48,777 nt of DNA from Candidatus Babeliales bacterium (GCA_016929235.1 JAFGJD010000007.1:1-48777), one strand, 5' to 3'; shown: positions 27,285 through 37,561, numbered from the stretch's first letter. The notes: generated by a model not told the origin, from the letters alone. Numbers and translations are program-made.

Positions 27285-27776
27285 TTAGCAACACGCACAC
27301 CCAGACTCTTTTTCTTGAGAAAAATCCTCTGCCTGAACTGTCAAACGTTTTCGTTCTCCGAAACTCCCAATCTGATCCCTCAATGACTCTAACTCTGCAC
27401 CAAAATCACCAAAGTCACGCATCCCCTCCTCTTGATACAGGCTATGGACATCAATCACTAGTTGCTGAAATTGTTGTAATAATCCACTTTCAATTGCAAG
27501 ATCAAATTCACCCTGACGTAACGCATATCTTGCAAGATGGGGTCTCCGCCTGAACCAGTCAGTCACTTCTCCCTCATTTGCCCAACTCGTATATCTTCCT
27601 GTAGGACTCTTGCCCATCATTTGACGAGCACGTGGGGAAACAGACAAAGTCAATGCCGCCGCTGTAACCGCTGCGCGGCTCTTGGACTGAGGAGTTCTTG
27701 GAGCTTCGTCCATAGCAAGGACAGTCATGTTTAGCACAACCATCATACTACCTATAAACACCCACATTCGAACCAT
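27285..27776 (-). CDS. Hypothetical secreted protein ending in KESGCACC
   Basis: AAGGGGG SD; signal peptide ending VLA-MDE; terminal Cys cluster. Confidence 0.75.
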   Translation of the reverse strand: MVRMWVFIGSMMVVLNMTVLAMDEAPRTPQSKSRAAVTAAALTLSVSPRARQMMGKSPTGRYTSWANEGEVTDWFRRRPHLARYALRQGEFDLAIESGLLQQFQQLVIDVHSLYQEEGMRDFGDFGAELESLRDQIGSFGERKRLTVQAEDFSQEKESGCACC

Positions 27777-27846
27777 AATTCCCCCTTATAACGTGGCTTT
27801 CACGCCACAGAGTACCACCCCAGGTTACTGGTCTAGCTCAACAGCC

Positions 27847-28203
27847 CTATACCCATTCAAGACGGGCAATAGGTGCCGTATCACTCACGCGACGCCCCAT
27901 CGGAATCAAACGAGTGTAACCACCTGGACGTTCTGTGTATTTTGGCGCAATTTCAATGAACAATTTCTTAAGGGCTTCTTCCTTGTATGGTAACAACGCT
28001 TTTGCACGACGACGCGCATTAAAGTCATTACCGACACGGGCAATCGTCACCAGCTTTTCAGCAAACTTTTGTGTTTCTTTTGCGCGAGTCTTGGTTGTTA
28101 CCAAATGGCCATAGGTAATAAGATGGATTACCTGATTACGCAACAAAGCCTTGCGATGTGACGAACTTACGTTCAAGCGCTTTTTACCATTTTGATGCAT
28201 CAT
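27847..28203 (-). CDS. rplQ: 50S ribosomal protein L17
   Basis: SSHRKALLRN, TTKTRAKE, RPGGYTR. Confidence 0.97.
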   Translation of the reverse strand: MMHQNGKKRLNVSSSHRKALLRNQVIHLITYGHLVTTKTRAKETQKFAEKLVTIARVGNDFNARRRAKALLPYKEEALKKLFIEIAPKYTERPGGYTRLIPMGRRVSDTAPIARLEWV

Positions 28204-28206
28204 GGC

Positions 28207-29265
28207 TTATACCTTCTTCTCTTCATCTTTTTCTACAAGCGCCTTCTGAAGATCCCCATCTTGAATGTTCATGTTAAATGATAACCCAAGATTGGTCAGA
28301 GCATCAGCAACTTCTTTTGCTGATTTGCGCCCAAAGTTTTTTATCTTCATCACGTCATCATCGCTAAGATTGACCAAATCAACCACACGCTTGATGCCCG
28401 CATTCACAAGACAATTATGTGCACGAACAGATAGTTCAAGTTCATCAATTGGCTTCAATAAAAGATCAATTGGCAATCCCCTCAATGGTGATTCCTGTAT
28501 CTCTTGAGTTGATGCTGCTTCTTCGACAACTTCTGGCTGTGAAAGTTCATTGAACGGAATTTCAGCGCTTGCCAAGAAATGCTCTAACTGCGTGCGCAAT
28601 ACCGAAACGGCATAGTGCAAGACATCAAGTGGATTTTCAGCCCCATCGGTATGAATATAGAGACTCAATTTATCATAGTCGATGGTTCCACCCACACGTG
28701 TCTTTTCAACTTCAAATGCTACTTTTTTGATCGGTGAAAACATTGCATCTAAATAAATACGACCATCTGGCTGCAATGCTGTATCGGCTGGCCATTGCGC
28801 TGGCTGGTATCCACGACCTGATTCCACAAAGAAATCAACATCTAATTCTCCACCCGCTGCAACATGTGCAATCACATGATCAGTATTGATTAATTCTAAA
28901 TGTTCATCAGCTTTAATATCCCCGACACGAACGGTTGATTCCCCAGAAATTTGAAGACGCATACGACCTGTCTTACCAGTACGATTCCGAATCACAATCT
29001 CTTTGAGATTGAGGATCAACTGCATCGTATCCTCTACTACACCCGGGATACTCGAAAATTCATTATTGACGCCTTTAATCACCACTGAGGTTACAGCCGA
29101 ACCTTCAACAGCACCCAACAAGACACGACGAAGCGCGCTTCCAAGGGTCATACCAAACCCTGGTTCAAGCGGCTGCGCAACCAATTCACCATAGGTGTCA
29201 CTGATCGTTTTTTTCGTCCATTGTAATTTGGGAAGTGTCAGCGGCTTATATTCCAGTTTATTCAT
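28207..29265 (-). CDS. rpoA: RNA polymerase alpha subunit
   Basis: PLEPGFGMTLGSALRRVLL, DAMFSPI, ELSVRAHNCL, NFGRKS; start at MNKL after AGGAG. Confidence 0.97.
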   Translation of the reverse strand: MNKLEYKPLTLPKLQWTKKTISDTYGELVAQPLEPGFGMTLGSALRRVLLGAVEGSAVTSVVIKGVNNEFSSIPGVVEDTMQLILNLKEIVIRNRTGKTGRMRLQISGESTVRVGDIKADEHLELINTDHVIAHVAAGGELDVDFFVESGRGYQPAQWPADTALQPDGRIYLDAMFSPIKKVAFEVEKTRVGGTIDYDKLSLYIHTDGAENPLDVLHYAVSVLRTQLEHFLASAEIPFNELSQPEVVEEAASTQEIQESPLRGLPIDLLLKPIDELELSVRAHNCLVNAGIKRVVDLVNLSDDDVMKIKNFGRKSAKEVADALTNLGLSFNMNIQDGDLQKALVEKDEEKKV

Positions 29266-29298
29266 TGAGTCTCCTGAGCTAAACAAATGGTGCAGCTA

Positions 29299-29877
29299 TT
29301 ACTTCGAATACAACTCTACAATGAGATGTTCTTCGATTGGAACCTGAATATCAGAACGAACAGGTAAACGAAGGACTTGTCCCTTACGAACATCCTTGGT
29401 TAATTCGAGCCATTCAGGAACCTTGATACCTATATTGAGACGCTTATCAATTACCTGTTCTACAAACTTAGCCTTATCTACGACATTGTCTGCCAAGTTG
29501 ATAACGTCATTAACTTTGACCAGGTAAGATGGCGAATAGACCTTTCTGCCATTCACCTTCACATGACCATGAACAATAATTTGACGGGCCTGACGACGCG
29601 TTGTCGACAATTTCAAACGATATAACACATTATCCAAACGACGCTCAAGCATACTCAGGAGGTTTTCACCAGGACCACCCTCATGCTTGGTAGCAATCTG
29701 GAACCAGCGGCTGAATTGCTTTTCACGCATACCATACATATGCTTTACGCGCTGCTTTTCTTGGAGCTGTTTACCGTATTCAGAAAGCTTCTTCATGCGG
29801 CCGCCGGATGATCGTTCACCCTGCTTTTTGTCCGCATCGCCTTGCTTGTTTGATTTATTTACTTTTGTCTTATTCAC
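29299..29877 (-). CDS. rpsD: 30S ribosomal protein S4 with a reduced N-terminus
   Basis: SEYGKQLQEKQ, LERRLDNV, ARQIIVHGH, LIVELYSK. Confidence 0.96.
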   Translation of the reverse strand: MNKTKVNKSNKQGDADKKQGERSSGGRMKKLSEYGKQLQEKQRVKHMYGMREKQFSRWFQIATKHEGGPGENLLSMLERRLDNVLYRLKLSTTRRQARQIIVHGHVKVNGRKVYSPSYLVKVNDVINLADNVVDKAKFVEQVIDKRLNIGIKVPEWLELTKDVRKGQVLRLPVRSDIQVPIEEHLIVELYSK

Positions 29878-29916
29878 GATCAGTAACCTATCTATCTCGT
29901 AATCAACTTACCTACT

Positions 29917-30300
29917 TTACACCCTACGCTTTTTAGCGGGGCGGCATCCATTGTGTGGCAATGGCGTAACATCACGCAATACCGAAATCAACATACCACC
30001 TGACTGCAAAGCGCGAACCACAGAATCACGACCAGATCCAGGTCCCTGTAAGTTCACCTCAACATACTTGATTCCCATTCCAGCCATATCCTTGGCCAAA
30101 TTTGCACCAATCTGAGACGCTGCAAACGGCGTTCCCTTACGAGAACCCTTATAGCCAAGAGCCCCTGCACTGCCACGAAACAATACATCGCCATCTGTGG
30201 TCGTAATCGTTACCAACGTATTATTGAAAGATGATGATACATGAGCGATTGCAGAATCAATGTTCCGCTTTGTTTTTTTTGTCTTCTTTTTATATGCCAT
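29917..30300 (-). CDS. rpsK: 30S ribosomal protein S11
   Basis: SSFNNT, GSRKGTPFAA, DVTPLPHNGCRP. Confidence 0.97.
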   Translation of the reverse strand: MAYKKKTKKTKRNIDSAIAHVSSSFNNTLVTITTTDGDVLFRGSAGALGYKGSRKGTPFAASQIGANLAKDMAGMGIKYVEVNLQGPGSGRDSVVRALQSGGMLISVLRDVTPLPHNGCRPAKKRRV

Positions 30301-30321
30301 AATTCCGTTCCATCTCAATCA

Positions 30322-30711
30322 TTATTTCTTGGTAACCGCACGCTTCAAGGCAATCTGACTACCAGCTTTGCGTGGACCTTTACGGGTACGAGCATTAGTC
30401 TTCGTACGCTGCCCTCGACATGGCAAGCCCCTTTTATGACGCAAACCACGATACGAGCCAATTTCTTGAAGACGCTTGATGTTGAGCATAATCTCCTTGC
30501 GAAGATCTCCCTCAACCGCATATTTAGACGTTAATGTTTTTTGAATCGCAGCAACTTCCGCATCCGTCAGATCTCGTACTCGCTTATCTAAACTAATGTT
30601 TAATTCGTTAAGAACCTCACGAGAACGAGCAACCCCTACCCCAAATACATAGGTAAGTCCGTACTCGATACGCTTATTGACTGGGAGATTAACACCTTCT
30701 ATTCGTGCCAT
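30322..30711 (-). CDS. rpsM: 30S ribosomal protein S13
   Basis: [34 protein letters not shown]. Confidence 0.98.
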   Translation of the reverse strand: MARIEGVNLPVNKRIEYGLTYVFGVGVARSREVLNELNISLDKRVRDLTDAEVAAIQKTLTSKYAVEGDLRKEIMLNIKRLQEIGSYRGLRHKRGLPCRGQRTKTNARTRKGPRKAGSQIALKRAVTKK

Positions 30712-30731
30712 ACCGTTCCTTATATTACCAG

Positions 30732-30848
30732 TTACCCCTGGCGTTGCTTGTGCCGAGGATTTTTCTTACAAATTATTCGAACAATTCCTGCTCGACGTAT
30801 TATGCAGCAATCTTTACATATAGGCTTAACTGACGTTTTTACCTTCAC
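30732..30848 (-). CDS. rpmJ: 50S ribosomal protein L36, zinc-binding form (absent from the ORF track)
   Basis: Manual translation from [41 protein letters not shown]. Confidence 0.96.
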   Translation of the reverse strand: MKVKTSVKPICKDCCIIRRAGIVRIICKKNPRHKQRQG

Positions 30849-30865
30849 CGTTGTATCCTTACTCG

Positions 30866-31090
30866 TTAATTTTTGTATCGTAACGTGATTCTACCGCGTT
30901 TGAGATCGTATGGAGAAAGTTCCACCGCTACTCTGTCCCCTGGTAAAATCCGGATGTAGTTCATTCGCATTTTACCAGAAACATGCGCTAAAACCAAATG
31001 TCCCCCCTCAATTTCCACCCAGAACATGGCGTTGGGAAGCGTCTCTTTTACGATACCATCAACTTTAATAACATTATCTTTCTGCTTCAT
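30866..31090 (-). CDS. infA: Translation initiation factor IF-1
   Basis: [27 protein letters not shown]; start at ATG 31090 overlapping the map stop (ATGA). Confidence 0.97.
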   Translation of the reverse strand: MKQKDNVIKVDGIVKETLPNAMFWVEIEGGHLVLAHVSGKMRMNYIRILPGDRVAVELSPYDLKRGRITLRYKN

Positions 31091-31860
31091 CGCACTTTCG
31101 CACCTCTGCTGTGAGGTCTTGTTAATATCTGAGGCCCTCGATCTGTCACGAGTACCGTATCCTCTACATGGGCAGCCAAACCACCATCCGCTGTCCGGGC
31201 TGTCCACCCATCAGAATCAACCCTAACATCATAACTCTTTTGAGCAATCATTGGTTCTAAAGCAAGAGTCATACCATGCCGCAAAACTGCTCCCTCACCA
31301 GGTCTGCCGTAATTCAGAATCTCTGGATCCTCATGCATACGCTTACCAATGCCATGCCCCGCAAAGACACGTATGACCCCATAGTCATGACGTTCAACTG
31401 TCTTCTGGATCGCTGCCGAGATATCTGATACACGATTTCCCACACAAGCTTGCTCTATCCCAGCATCCAATGCCTCTTGCGCTACTGCAATCAAATCAAG
31501 CGCATCCCTGCTAATGGAACCGACAGGGAAACAGCGAGCCATGTCCGCACCATATCCCTTCCAGGATACGCATACATCCACCTTCACTACATCGCCATTT
31601 GCAATAAGACGTGAACGTTTTGGCACACCGTGGACTATCTCGTCATTCAGAGAGATGCAACTGACGTGCCGATAGCCATTGTACCCCTTCATCATTGAGA
31701 TCATACCCAACTCTGAGATCCTTTGTTCTATCCATGCGTCAATCGTAGCGGTACTGATACCGGGAACAATAATGTCAATGAGCTCTTCAAAAATCTGTGA
31801 TAATAGCCTACCAGCTGTCTCCATTTTGGCTATGGCTAACTTATTTTTTATGGTAATCAT
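31087..31860 (-). CDS. map: Methionine aminopeptidase type I
   Basis: [32 protein letters not shown]. Confidence 0.97.
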   Translation of the reverse strand: MITIKNKLAIAKMETAGRLLSQIFEELIDIIVPGISTATIDAWIEQRISELGMISMMKGYNGYRHVSCISLNDEIVHGVPKRSRLIANGDVVKVDVCVSWKGYGADMARCFPVGSISRDALDLIAVAQEALDAGIEQACVGNRVSDISAAIQKTVERHDYGVIRVFAGHGIGKRMHEDPEILNYGRPGEGAVLRHGMTLALEPMIAQKSYDVRVDSDGWTARTADGGLAAHVEDTVLVTDRGPQILTRPHSRGAKVR

Positions 31861-32543
31861 GATGCATCAAGGTAAAAATGATTCTTGAGTTCAACAAAAA
31901 TTTCTTGAAGCGGCCGATCAACCCGAAGCTCCAAGATCGGTATTTCTACATGATTATAAAAATCGAGCAGGTCTCGCTCATGACGATAATATGTCTTAAG
32001 ACGCTCAGCAATCGCAACCCGATCATCGTCGCTTCGCTTTGCCAATGGACTGCCACATTTATCACAAATCATGTCGTGTTTTGGCAATAAGCCGGAGCCC
32101 TTACGCACCGAGTACGCGGCCTGACACTCTTTATTGGTACAGGTAGCGCGACTCAACAATCGCACCATCACCTCTTCGTCATCAACTGACAAGCGAACGA
32201 CTGCTATAGAGCATGCCGGCAGTTTACGATCAATAAAATCTTTTAACGATTGAGCCTGAACCAATGTCCTTGGATAGCCATCCAAAATCAACGTAGAGGT
32301 ATGCGCAATGTTTTCTAGAATCCAAGGCTCAACTACATTAATAATCATACGATCTGGGACTAATTTGCCCTCTTTAAGCGCAGCATCAATCTGCTTTCCT
32401 ATCTCTGTTTTCTCAGCAATGTGTTTACGGCATAGATTCCCTGTAGACAACTGAACCCAGCCAAATTGGTCAACACACATCTGAGACAATGAACCCTTTC
32501 CTGAACCAGGAGGCCCAACAAAGATAAGAATCTGCCTTTTCAT
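31857..32543 (-). CDS. adk: Adenylate kinase with zinc-binding LID
   Basis: GPPGSGKG, STGNL, LDGYPRT, C..C..CDKC LID. Confidence 0.96.
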   Translation of the reverse strand: MKRQILIFVGPPGSGKGSLSQMCVDQFGWVQLSTGNLCRKHIAEKTEIGKQIDAALKEGKLVPDRMIINVVEPWILENIAHTSTLILDGYPRTLVQAQSLKDFIDRKLPACSIAVVRLSVDDEEVMVRLLSRATCTNKECQAAYSVRKGSGLLPKHDMICDKCGSPLAKRSDDDRVAIAERLKTYYRHERDLLDFYNHVEIPILELRVDRPLQEIFVELKNHFYLDAS

Positions 32544-33838
32544 CGACGGCCTCGCATCTTACCAGAGGTTAAGAACCCCTCATACCGCCGCTCTACTAAA
32601 TACGACTCAATCTGCGTTGCTAAATCAAGAGCAACACCAACACAAATCAGCAATGACGTTCCACCAAGGTAGAACGGCAACCTAACTAACATATTCAAAA
32701 TATTTGGAAATAGATCTAAGACTGCAAGGTAGATCGCTCCAACCAAACCAATACGATTTAGCAAGTAGAAGAAATATTCAACAGTCTTGCGTCCTGGACG
32801 AATACCAGGAATGAATCCACCACTCTTTTTCATATTAGCCGCAAGTTCATCTGGATTAATCACAATTGCAGCAAAGAAAAATGAGAAAAACATAATGAGC
32901 AAGAACTCAACCACCATATGGATAGGATTACGCGGATCAATAATCGCTGAGAGAAATTCAAAACGATCTGAGAATAATTGAGCAATCTGCATAGGAACAG
33001 TCAGCACCGTTCCTGCAAAAATTACCGGCATCACACCCGCAGAGTTAATCTTCAATGGAATATAAGTACTTTGTCCACCGTACACACGATGACCAACAAC
33101 ACGGCGAGCATACTGTACGGGAATCTTGCGCTCACCTCGCTCCAAAAATACAATACATGCGCAGATTGCAATGAATACAAGTAAAATGATAATAGCTACT
33201 ATCGTGTCAAGGTTACCCAATTGAACAAATTCAATCGTTTGACGAACATAACTAGGAAAACGCGCAACAATCCCTGAAAAAATAATAACCGAACTTCCGT
33301 TGCCAATACCATGCAATGAGATCTGCTCACCAAGCCACATGACAAACAATGCACCAACAGTCAACGAAACAATGAATAAAATCCTAAAACTCCAACCGGG
33401 TGCCAGGACAAAATTATTGCGCTCCAAAACCGTGGCATACCCTGTACTCCATAAGACGGACAAACCTACCGTCAAATACCGCGTATACTGATTAATCATA
33501 CGACGACCATAGTCGCCTTCTTTGTTGAGTTGCTCGAGCGAAGGGACAGCCATACCAAGCATTTGCATCATAATAGATGCGGAAATATAGGGACCAATAC
33601 CTAGAGCAAATAAAGTACTCTTGGTCAAACCACCACCAGAAATAACATCGAAATAACGCAGTAAGCCACCAAGCGCACTTGCCTGTTTCATCATATTTGC
33701 CAGCGCTGCCACATCAACACCAACAACCGGAATAAATAGACCAACCCGACAAATAATTAAGACGCCCAGAGTAAACAACATACGCTTGCGCAACTCTGGG
33801 ACTAAAAAGATATTTTTGAAGCTCTGTAATAAAACCAC
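32540..33838 (-). CDS. secY: Preprotein translocase SecY
   Basis: LFALGIGPYISASI, GIGNGSS, GVMPVIFA, IPGIRPG, GGTSLLI. Confidence 0.98.
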   Translation of the reverse strand: MVLLQSFKNIFLVPELRKRMLFTLGVLIICRVGLFIPVVGVDVAALANMMKQASALGGLLRYFDVISGGGLTKSTLFALGIGPYISASIMMQMLGMAVPSLEQLNKEGDYGRRMINQYTRYLTVGLSVLWSTGYATVLERNNFVLAPGWSFRILFIVSLTVGALFVMWLGEQISLHGIGNGSSVIIFSGIVARFPSYVRQTIEFVQLGNLDTIVAIIILLVFIAICACIVFLERGERKIPVQYARRVVGHRVYGGQSTYIPLKINSAGVMPVIFAGTVLTVPMQIAQLFSDRFEFLSAIIDPRNPIHMVVEFLLIMFFSFFFAAIVINPDELAANMKKSGGFIPGIRPGRKTVEYFFYLLNRIGLVGAIYLAVLDLFPNILNMLVRLPFYLGGTSLLICVGVALDLATQIESYLVERRYEGFLTSGKMRGRR

Positions 33839-33842
33839 GGTC

Positions 33843-34298
33843 TTACCCCTCCGTTATGACCTTCGCCTCACCACCTGCTTGCTCGATTGCTCGTTTTGCA
33901 CCTTCACTAAAACGATCAACTTCAACTATTAATTTCTTGGTAAGCTTTCCGGCACCTAATACTTTGACAACACAGCCCGTTTCACTCTTTTTGCGCTTGA
34001 GCAATCCTTGCTCCATCAAAGCTGCCTTGTTAATGAGTGCCCCCTCTTCAAAAGCCTTTTCTAAATCTTGTATAGAAACGATATAACACACTGTTTTAAA
34101 GCGAGCATTGGTAAATCCACGCTTTGGCAAACGACGCGCCAATGGCATCTGCCCGCCCTCGAAGGTCAAGCCTAGGCATGGTCCTGAACGCGCCTTTTGG
34201 CCCTTGTGTCCTTTTCCTGACGTACCGCCCCGGCTTCCGCCACGACCAATACGCTTACGTTTCTTACAAAGAGGTTGAAGATTATTAAGCTGCGACAT
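33843..34298 (-). CDS. rplO: 50S ribosomal protein L15
   Basis: GKGHKGQKARSG, FEGGQMPLARRLPKRGF; overlaps the rpsE end. Confidence 0.97.
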   Translation of the reverse strand: MSQLNNLQPLCKKRKRIGRGGSRGGTSGKGHKGQKARSGPCLGLTFEGGQMPLARRLPKRGFTNARFKTVCYIVSIQDLEKAFEEGALINKAALMEQGLLKRKKSETGCVVKVLGAGKLTKKLIVEVDRFSEGAKRAIEQAGGEAKVITEG

Positions 34299-34800
34299 GG
34301 TCACCCTTTACAAGTTCTTGAACTGTTTTGCCACGTAGCTTTGCAAGATGATCTACTGAACGGAGCTTAGCTAGAGCGTTAAACGTAGCCTTCACAACAT
34401 TCAAAGAATTTGCGGAACCCAATGACTTTGCAAGAACATCTTTCACACCGATTGCTTCAAATACCGAACGCATCGCACCACCAGCAATCACACCCGTTCC
34501 CTTATACGCAGAGCGAATCATAACCTTACTTGCACCATGACGACCCTCAACTTTGTACGGAATGGTAGTACCGCGAAGTGGGAATGTAATAAGATTCTTA
34601 CGAGCACGGTTAGTTGCCTTAGCAATTGCAGCAGACACCTCTTTACCCTTGCCCAAGGCCATACCAACGCGTCCTTGTTGATCGCCTGATACAACAAATG
34701 CAGCAAAAGAAAAACGCTTGCCGCCCTTGGTAACTTTTGTAACCCGCCGTACATCAACAACGGTATCGACAAACGTTGAGTCTTGTTTATTTTCAGCCAT
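34285..34800 (-). CDS. rpsE: 30S ribosomal protein S5
   Basis: RVTKVTKGGKRFSF, GTGVIAGG. Confidence 0.98.
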   Translation of the reverse strand: MAENKQDSTFVDTVVDVRRVTKVTKGGKRFSFAAFVVSGDQQGRVGMALGKGKEVSAAIAKATNRARKNLITFPLRGTTIPYKVEGRHGASKVMIRSAYKGTGVIAGGAMRSVFEAIGVKDVLAKSLGSANSLNVVKATFNALAKLRSVDHLAKLRGKTVQELVKGDHVAA

Positions 34801-34820
34801 TAGCCAATTCCTGTCTCTCT

Positions 34821-35180
34821 TTAAACTGATAATCCACCTTCACGCAAACCTTCGGCAAGCGCTTTTACACGGCCGTGGTAGCGATAAGCACCACGCTCAA
34901 AACAAATCTTTTCTATCTTTTGAGCCTTAGCACCCTCTGCCAGAGCTAATCCAACTGCTTTTGCTTGAGCAGTTTTATCACCTGCTGACGCTTTATCCAA
35001 CTTCAACGACGACGCACTCGCTAACGTTTTACCCTGTGCATCATCAATCAACTGTGCATAAATCTCTTGTCTGCTGCGAAACACAGATACTCGTGGCAAT
35101 GATGAATGCTTACGTATTTTATGACGTACCCGCTGTGCACGGCGCTGTGATCGCTTTTGATTAATCTTTTTAAGTGACAT
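34821..35180 (-). CDS. rplR: 50S ribosomal protein L18
   Basis: PRVSVFRS, YHGRVKALAEG. Confidence 0.97.
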   Translation of the reverse strand: MSLKKINQKRSQRRAQRVRHKIRKHSSLPRVSVFRSRQEIYAQLIDDAQGKTLASASSLKLDKASAGDKTAQAKAVGLALAEGAKAQKIEKICFERGAYRYHGRVKALAEGLREGGLSV

Positions 35181-35199
35181 TTTCTATCCTACGTTAGCC

Positions 35200-35745
35200 T
35201 TATGCAGATTTTGCCTTACCGGTTTTACGAATAATCGTTTCATCTGCGAGTTTAATCCCAGTTCCTTTATATGGCTCAGGTGGTCGACAGTCTCTGATGG
35301 TATCACACATTGCACCAACAGCTTCTTTATCCAACGCACGAACAACAATATTTTGTCCTGTTTTATCAATATCACACGAAATTCCATTCGGAACATCTAA
35401 TTCTATTTTATGGCTAAAGCCCAACGTTAAAATAAGCTTGTTGCCGGACAATGCTGCCTTGTATCCAAGACCATTAATTTGAATCTTTTTTTCAAACGGA
35501 ATCGAAACACCATGAATTTTATTTGCCAACAACGCCCTATGAAGACCCCACGCAGCATTCAGCTTATGCGAGATTTTCTTTGCACGAGGCTTGACGACGA
35601 GCGCCTTGCTAACAAGGGCAACTTCAAATTCTTCAGGCACTACGTAAGAACCTGTCCCATGCTTACCTTTATACGCTACGCCCTGACCCTTGACTTCGAC
35701 CGCCGTATCACCAATGTTGATAGGTTTTCTTCCAATCTTTGACAT
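35200..35745 (-). CDS. rplF: 50S ribosomal protein L6
   Basis: MSKIGRKPI, LGFSH, RPPEPYKGTGI. Confidence 0.97.
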   Translation of the reverse strand: MSKIGRKPINIGDTAVEVKGQGVAYKGKHGTGSYVVPEEFEVALVSKALVVKPRAKKISHKLNAAWGLHRALLANKIHGVSIPFEKKIQINGLGYKAALSGNKLILTLGFSHKIELDVPNGISCDIDKTGQNIVVRALDKEAVGAMCDTIRDCRPPEPYKGTGIKLADETIIRKTGKAKSA

Positions 35746-35754
35746 AGCAGCCCC

Positions 35755-36150
35755 TTACCACACCGTGCACAACACTTCGCCGCCGACATTCAATGTCTTG
35801 GCTTGATGCTGCGTCATAATTCCGCGATTTGTTGATAAAATTGTTATACCCAAACCACCAATAACTGGCTCAATAGTACGAGCACATGAATACCTGCGAA
35901 GACCAGGAGTACTCTTGCGAGTGATGCTATGAATTGCTGACTCACCATCAACGTATTTGAGGGTAAGCTTAAGAGACTTCTTGTTGGCGTCTTCTTCAAT
36001 CACATACACGTCGCTAAGAAAGCCTTCATCCTTGAGCAGATTGGCAATTCCTTCACGCATACGCGAATGGCCCATCTTAACCCACGGCTTTCCGACCATG
36101 ACACCATTTCTTATGATGGTTAAAAAATCTCCGATAGCATCAATTGACAT
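35755..36150 (-). CDS. rpsH: 30S ribosomal protein S8
   Basis: DAIGDFLTIIRN, STPGLR, GGLG..LSTNRG, GGEVL. Confidence 0.97.
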   Translation of the reverse strand: MSIDAIGDFLTIIRNGVMVGKPWVKMGHSRMREGIANLLKDEGFLSDVYVIEEDANKKSLKLTLKYVDGESAIHSITRKSTPGLRRYSCARTIEPVIGGLGITILSTNRGIMTQHQAKTLNVGGEVLCTVW

Positions 36151-36168
36151 TGATATCCTTCCTCACAA

Positions 36169-36354
36169 TTACCAACTTGTTTTTTTCACACCAGGCAACT
36201 TGCCATCGAGCGCCAATTTTCTAAAGCAGAGGCGGCACATTTTAAAAATTCTCATATATGCACGAGGCCTGCCACAGAGTTCACAGCGATTTCTTGTTCG
36301 TACCGAGAACTTCGGAACCCTCTTTGCCTTTTCTATTAATGCCTTTCTGGCCAT
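36169..36354 (-). CDS. rpsN: 30S ribosomal protein S14, zinc-binding short type
   Basis: 61 aa, [23 protein letters not shown]. Confidence 0.97.
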   Translation of the reverse strand: MARKALIEKAKRVPKFSVRTRNRCELCGRPRAYMRIFKMCRLCFRKLALDGKLPGVKKTSW

Positions 36355-36365
36355 CGTTCTACCTC

Positions 36366-36926
36366 TTAAGCTTTACGTTTACGAAACGGCACATTAAACA
36401 TACGTAACAGTTCACGCGCATGATCGTCATTCTTTGCAGAGGTACAAATTGTGATATTCATACCAAATGACTTCTCATCAAACTCTTGATCAAGCTCAGG
36501 GAAAATAACCCAATCTTTGATCCCCAAATTATAATTTCCGCGGCGATCTAATTTATCACTTACCCCTTGAAAATCACGAACCTTTGGCAACGCCAGGTTG
36601 ATCAATTTATCGAGGAATTCATACATACGCTTGCGTCGAAGAGTTACCTTCGCCCCGAGCAACATGCCTTCACGAATCTTGAAGCCTGCAATAGACTTGC
36701 GCGCCTTGGTTCGAATTGGCGCCTGACCCGTAATACGAGCCAATCCCTTTTCGATTACCGGAAGAAGCTTACTGTCGTTGGTTGCCCCTGTAGCGCCAAC
36801 ATTGACAACAATCTTTTCAATACGAGGCACAGCCATAATATTCTTAAGCCCCAACTTCGTCTTGAGCTCCGGCCGTATCTCCTTGGTATATAATTCTTCT
36901 AGTCGAGCTTTCTGTGTCGTTTTCAT
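36366..36926 (-). CDS. rplE: 50S ribosomal protein L5
   Basis: [28 protein letters not shown]. Confidence 0.98.
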   Translation of the reverse strand: MKTTQKARLEELYTKEIRPELKTKLGLKNIMAVPRIEKIVVNVGATGATNDSKLLPVIEKGLARITGQAPIRTKARKSIAGFKIREGMLLGAKVTLRRKRMYEFLDKLINLALPKVRDFQGVSDKLDRRGNYNLGIKDWVIFPELDQEFDEKSFGMNITICTSAKNDDHARELLRMFNVPFRKRKA

Positions 36927-36928
36927 CG

Positions 36929-37165
36929 CTAATCAATCTTCTTCACATTAGAAATATGAATATACGCTTCTTCTTTCTTAATACCGGCAACTTCACCTTG
37001 TTTACGGGCTTTAGCGTGACGTGTGACCATATTCACACCCTTAACCATAACTTTACCTTCTCTTGGTAAAACTTCAATTATCTCTCCCGTCTTACCCTTA
37101 TCGCGACCGGTTAAAACAACAACCTTCTCACCCTTTTTTACATGTGTCTTTACACGCATACTCAT
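36929..37165 (-). CDS. rplX: 50S ribosomal protein L24 (short)
   Basis: KOW motif KKGEKVVVLTGRDKGK, EAYIHISNV. Confidence 0.95.
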   Translation of the reverse strand: MSMRVKTHVKKGEKVVVLTGRDKGKTGEIIEVLPREGKVMVKGVNMVTRHAKARKQGEVAGIKKEEAYIHISNVKKID

Positions 37166-37177
37166 ATCAATTCCTCT

Positions 37178-37540
37178 CTACACCAACTCTGGAGCACGTG
37201 AAGCAATTTCCGTGTACTTACCACGTACTTCCCGAGCAATCGGACCAAAGATACGAGAAGCGATCGGCTTATTGTCTTTAATAATCACTGCGGCATTTTC
37301 ACCAAAACGCACGTAGGTACCATCTTCTCGTCGAAATTCTTTTTTCGTTCTTACAATTACCGCATCCACGACTTCACCCTTTTTCACCATTCCTTTAGGG
37401 ATCGCACGTTTCACGGCACATTTGATGGTATCACCCAAGTATGCATAACGCTTACGGGTACTTCCATGAATATGGATACACTGCAGGGCCTGTGCACCTG
37501 AGTTATCAGCAACTTCTAGATACGACTCTTTTTGAATCAT
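37178..37540 (-). CDS. rplN: 50S ribosomal protein L14
   Basis: [21 protein letters not shown]. Confidence 0.98.
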   Translation of the reverse strand: MIQKESYLEVADNSGAQALQCIHIHGSTRKRYAYLGDTIKCAVKRAIPKGMVKKGEVVDAVIVRTKKEFRREDGTYVRFGENAAVIIKDNKPIASRIFGPIAREVRGKYTEIASRAPELV

Positions 37541-37561
37541 GATTGTTTACTCCAATGCCAT

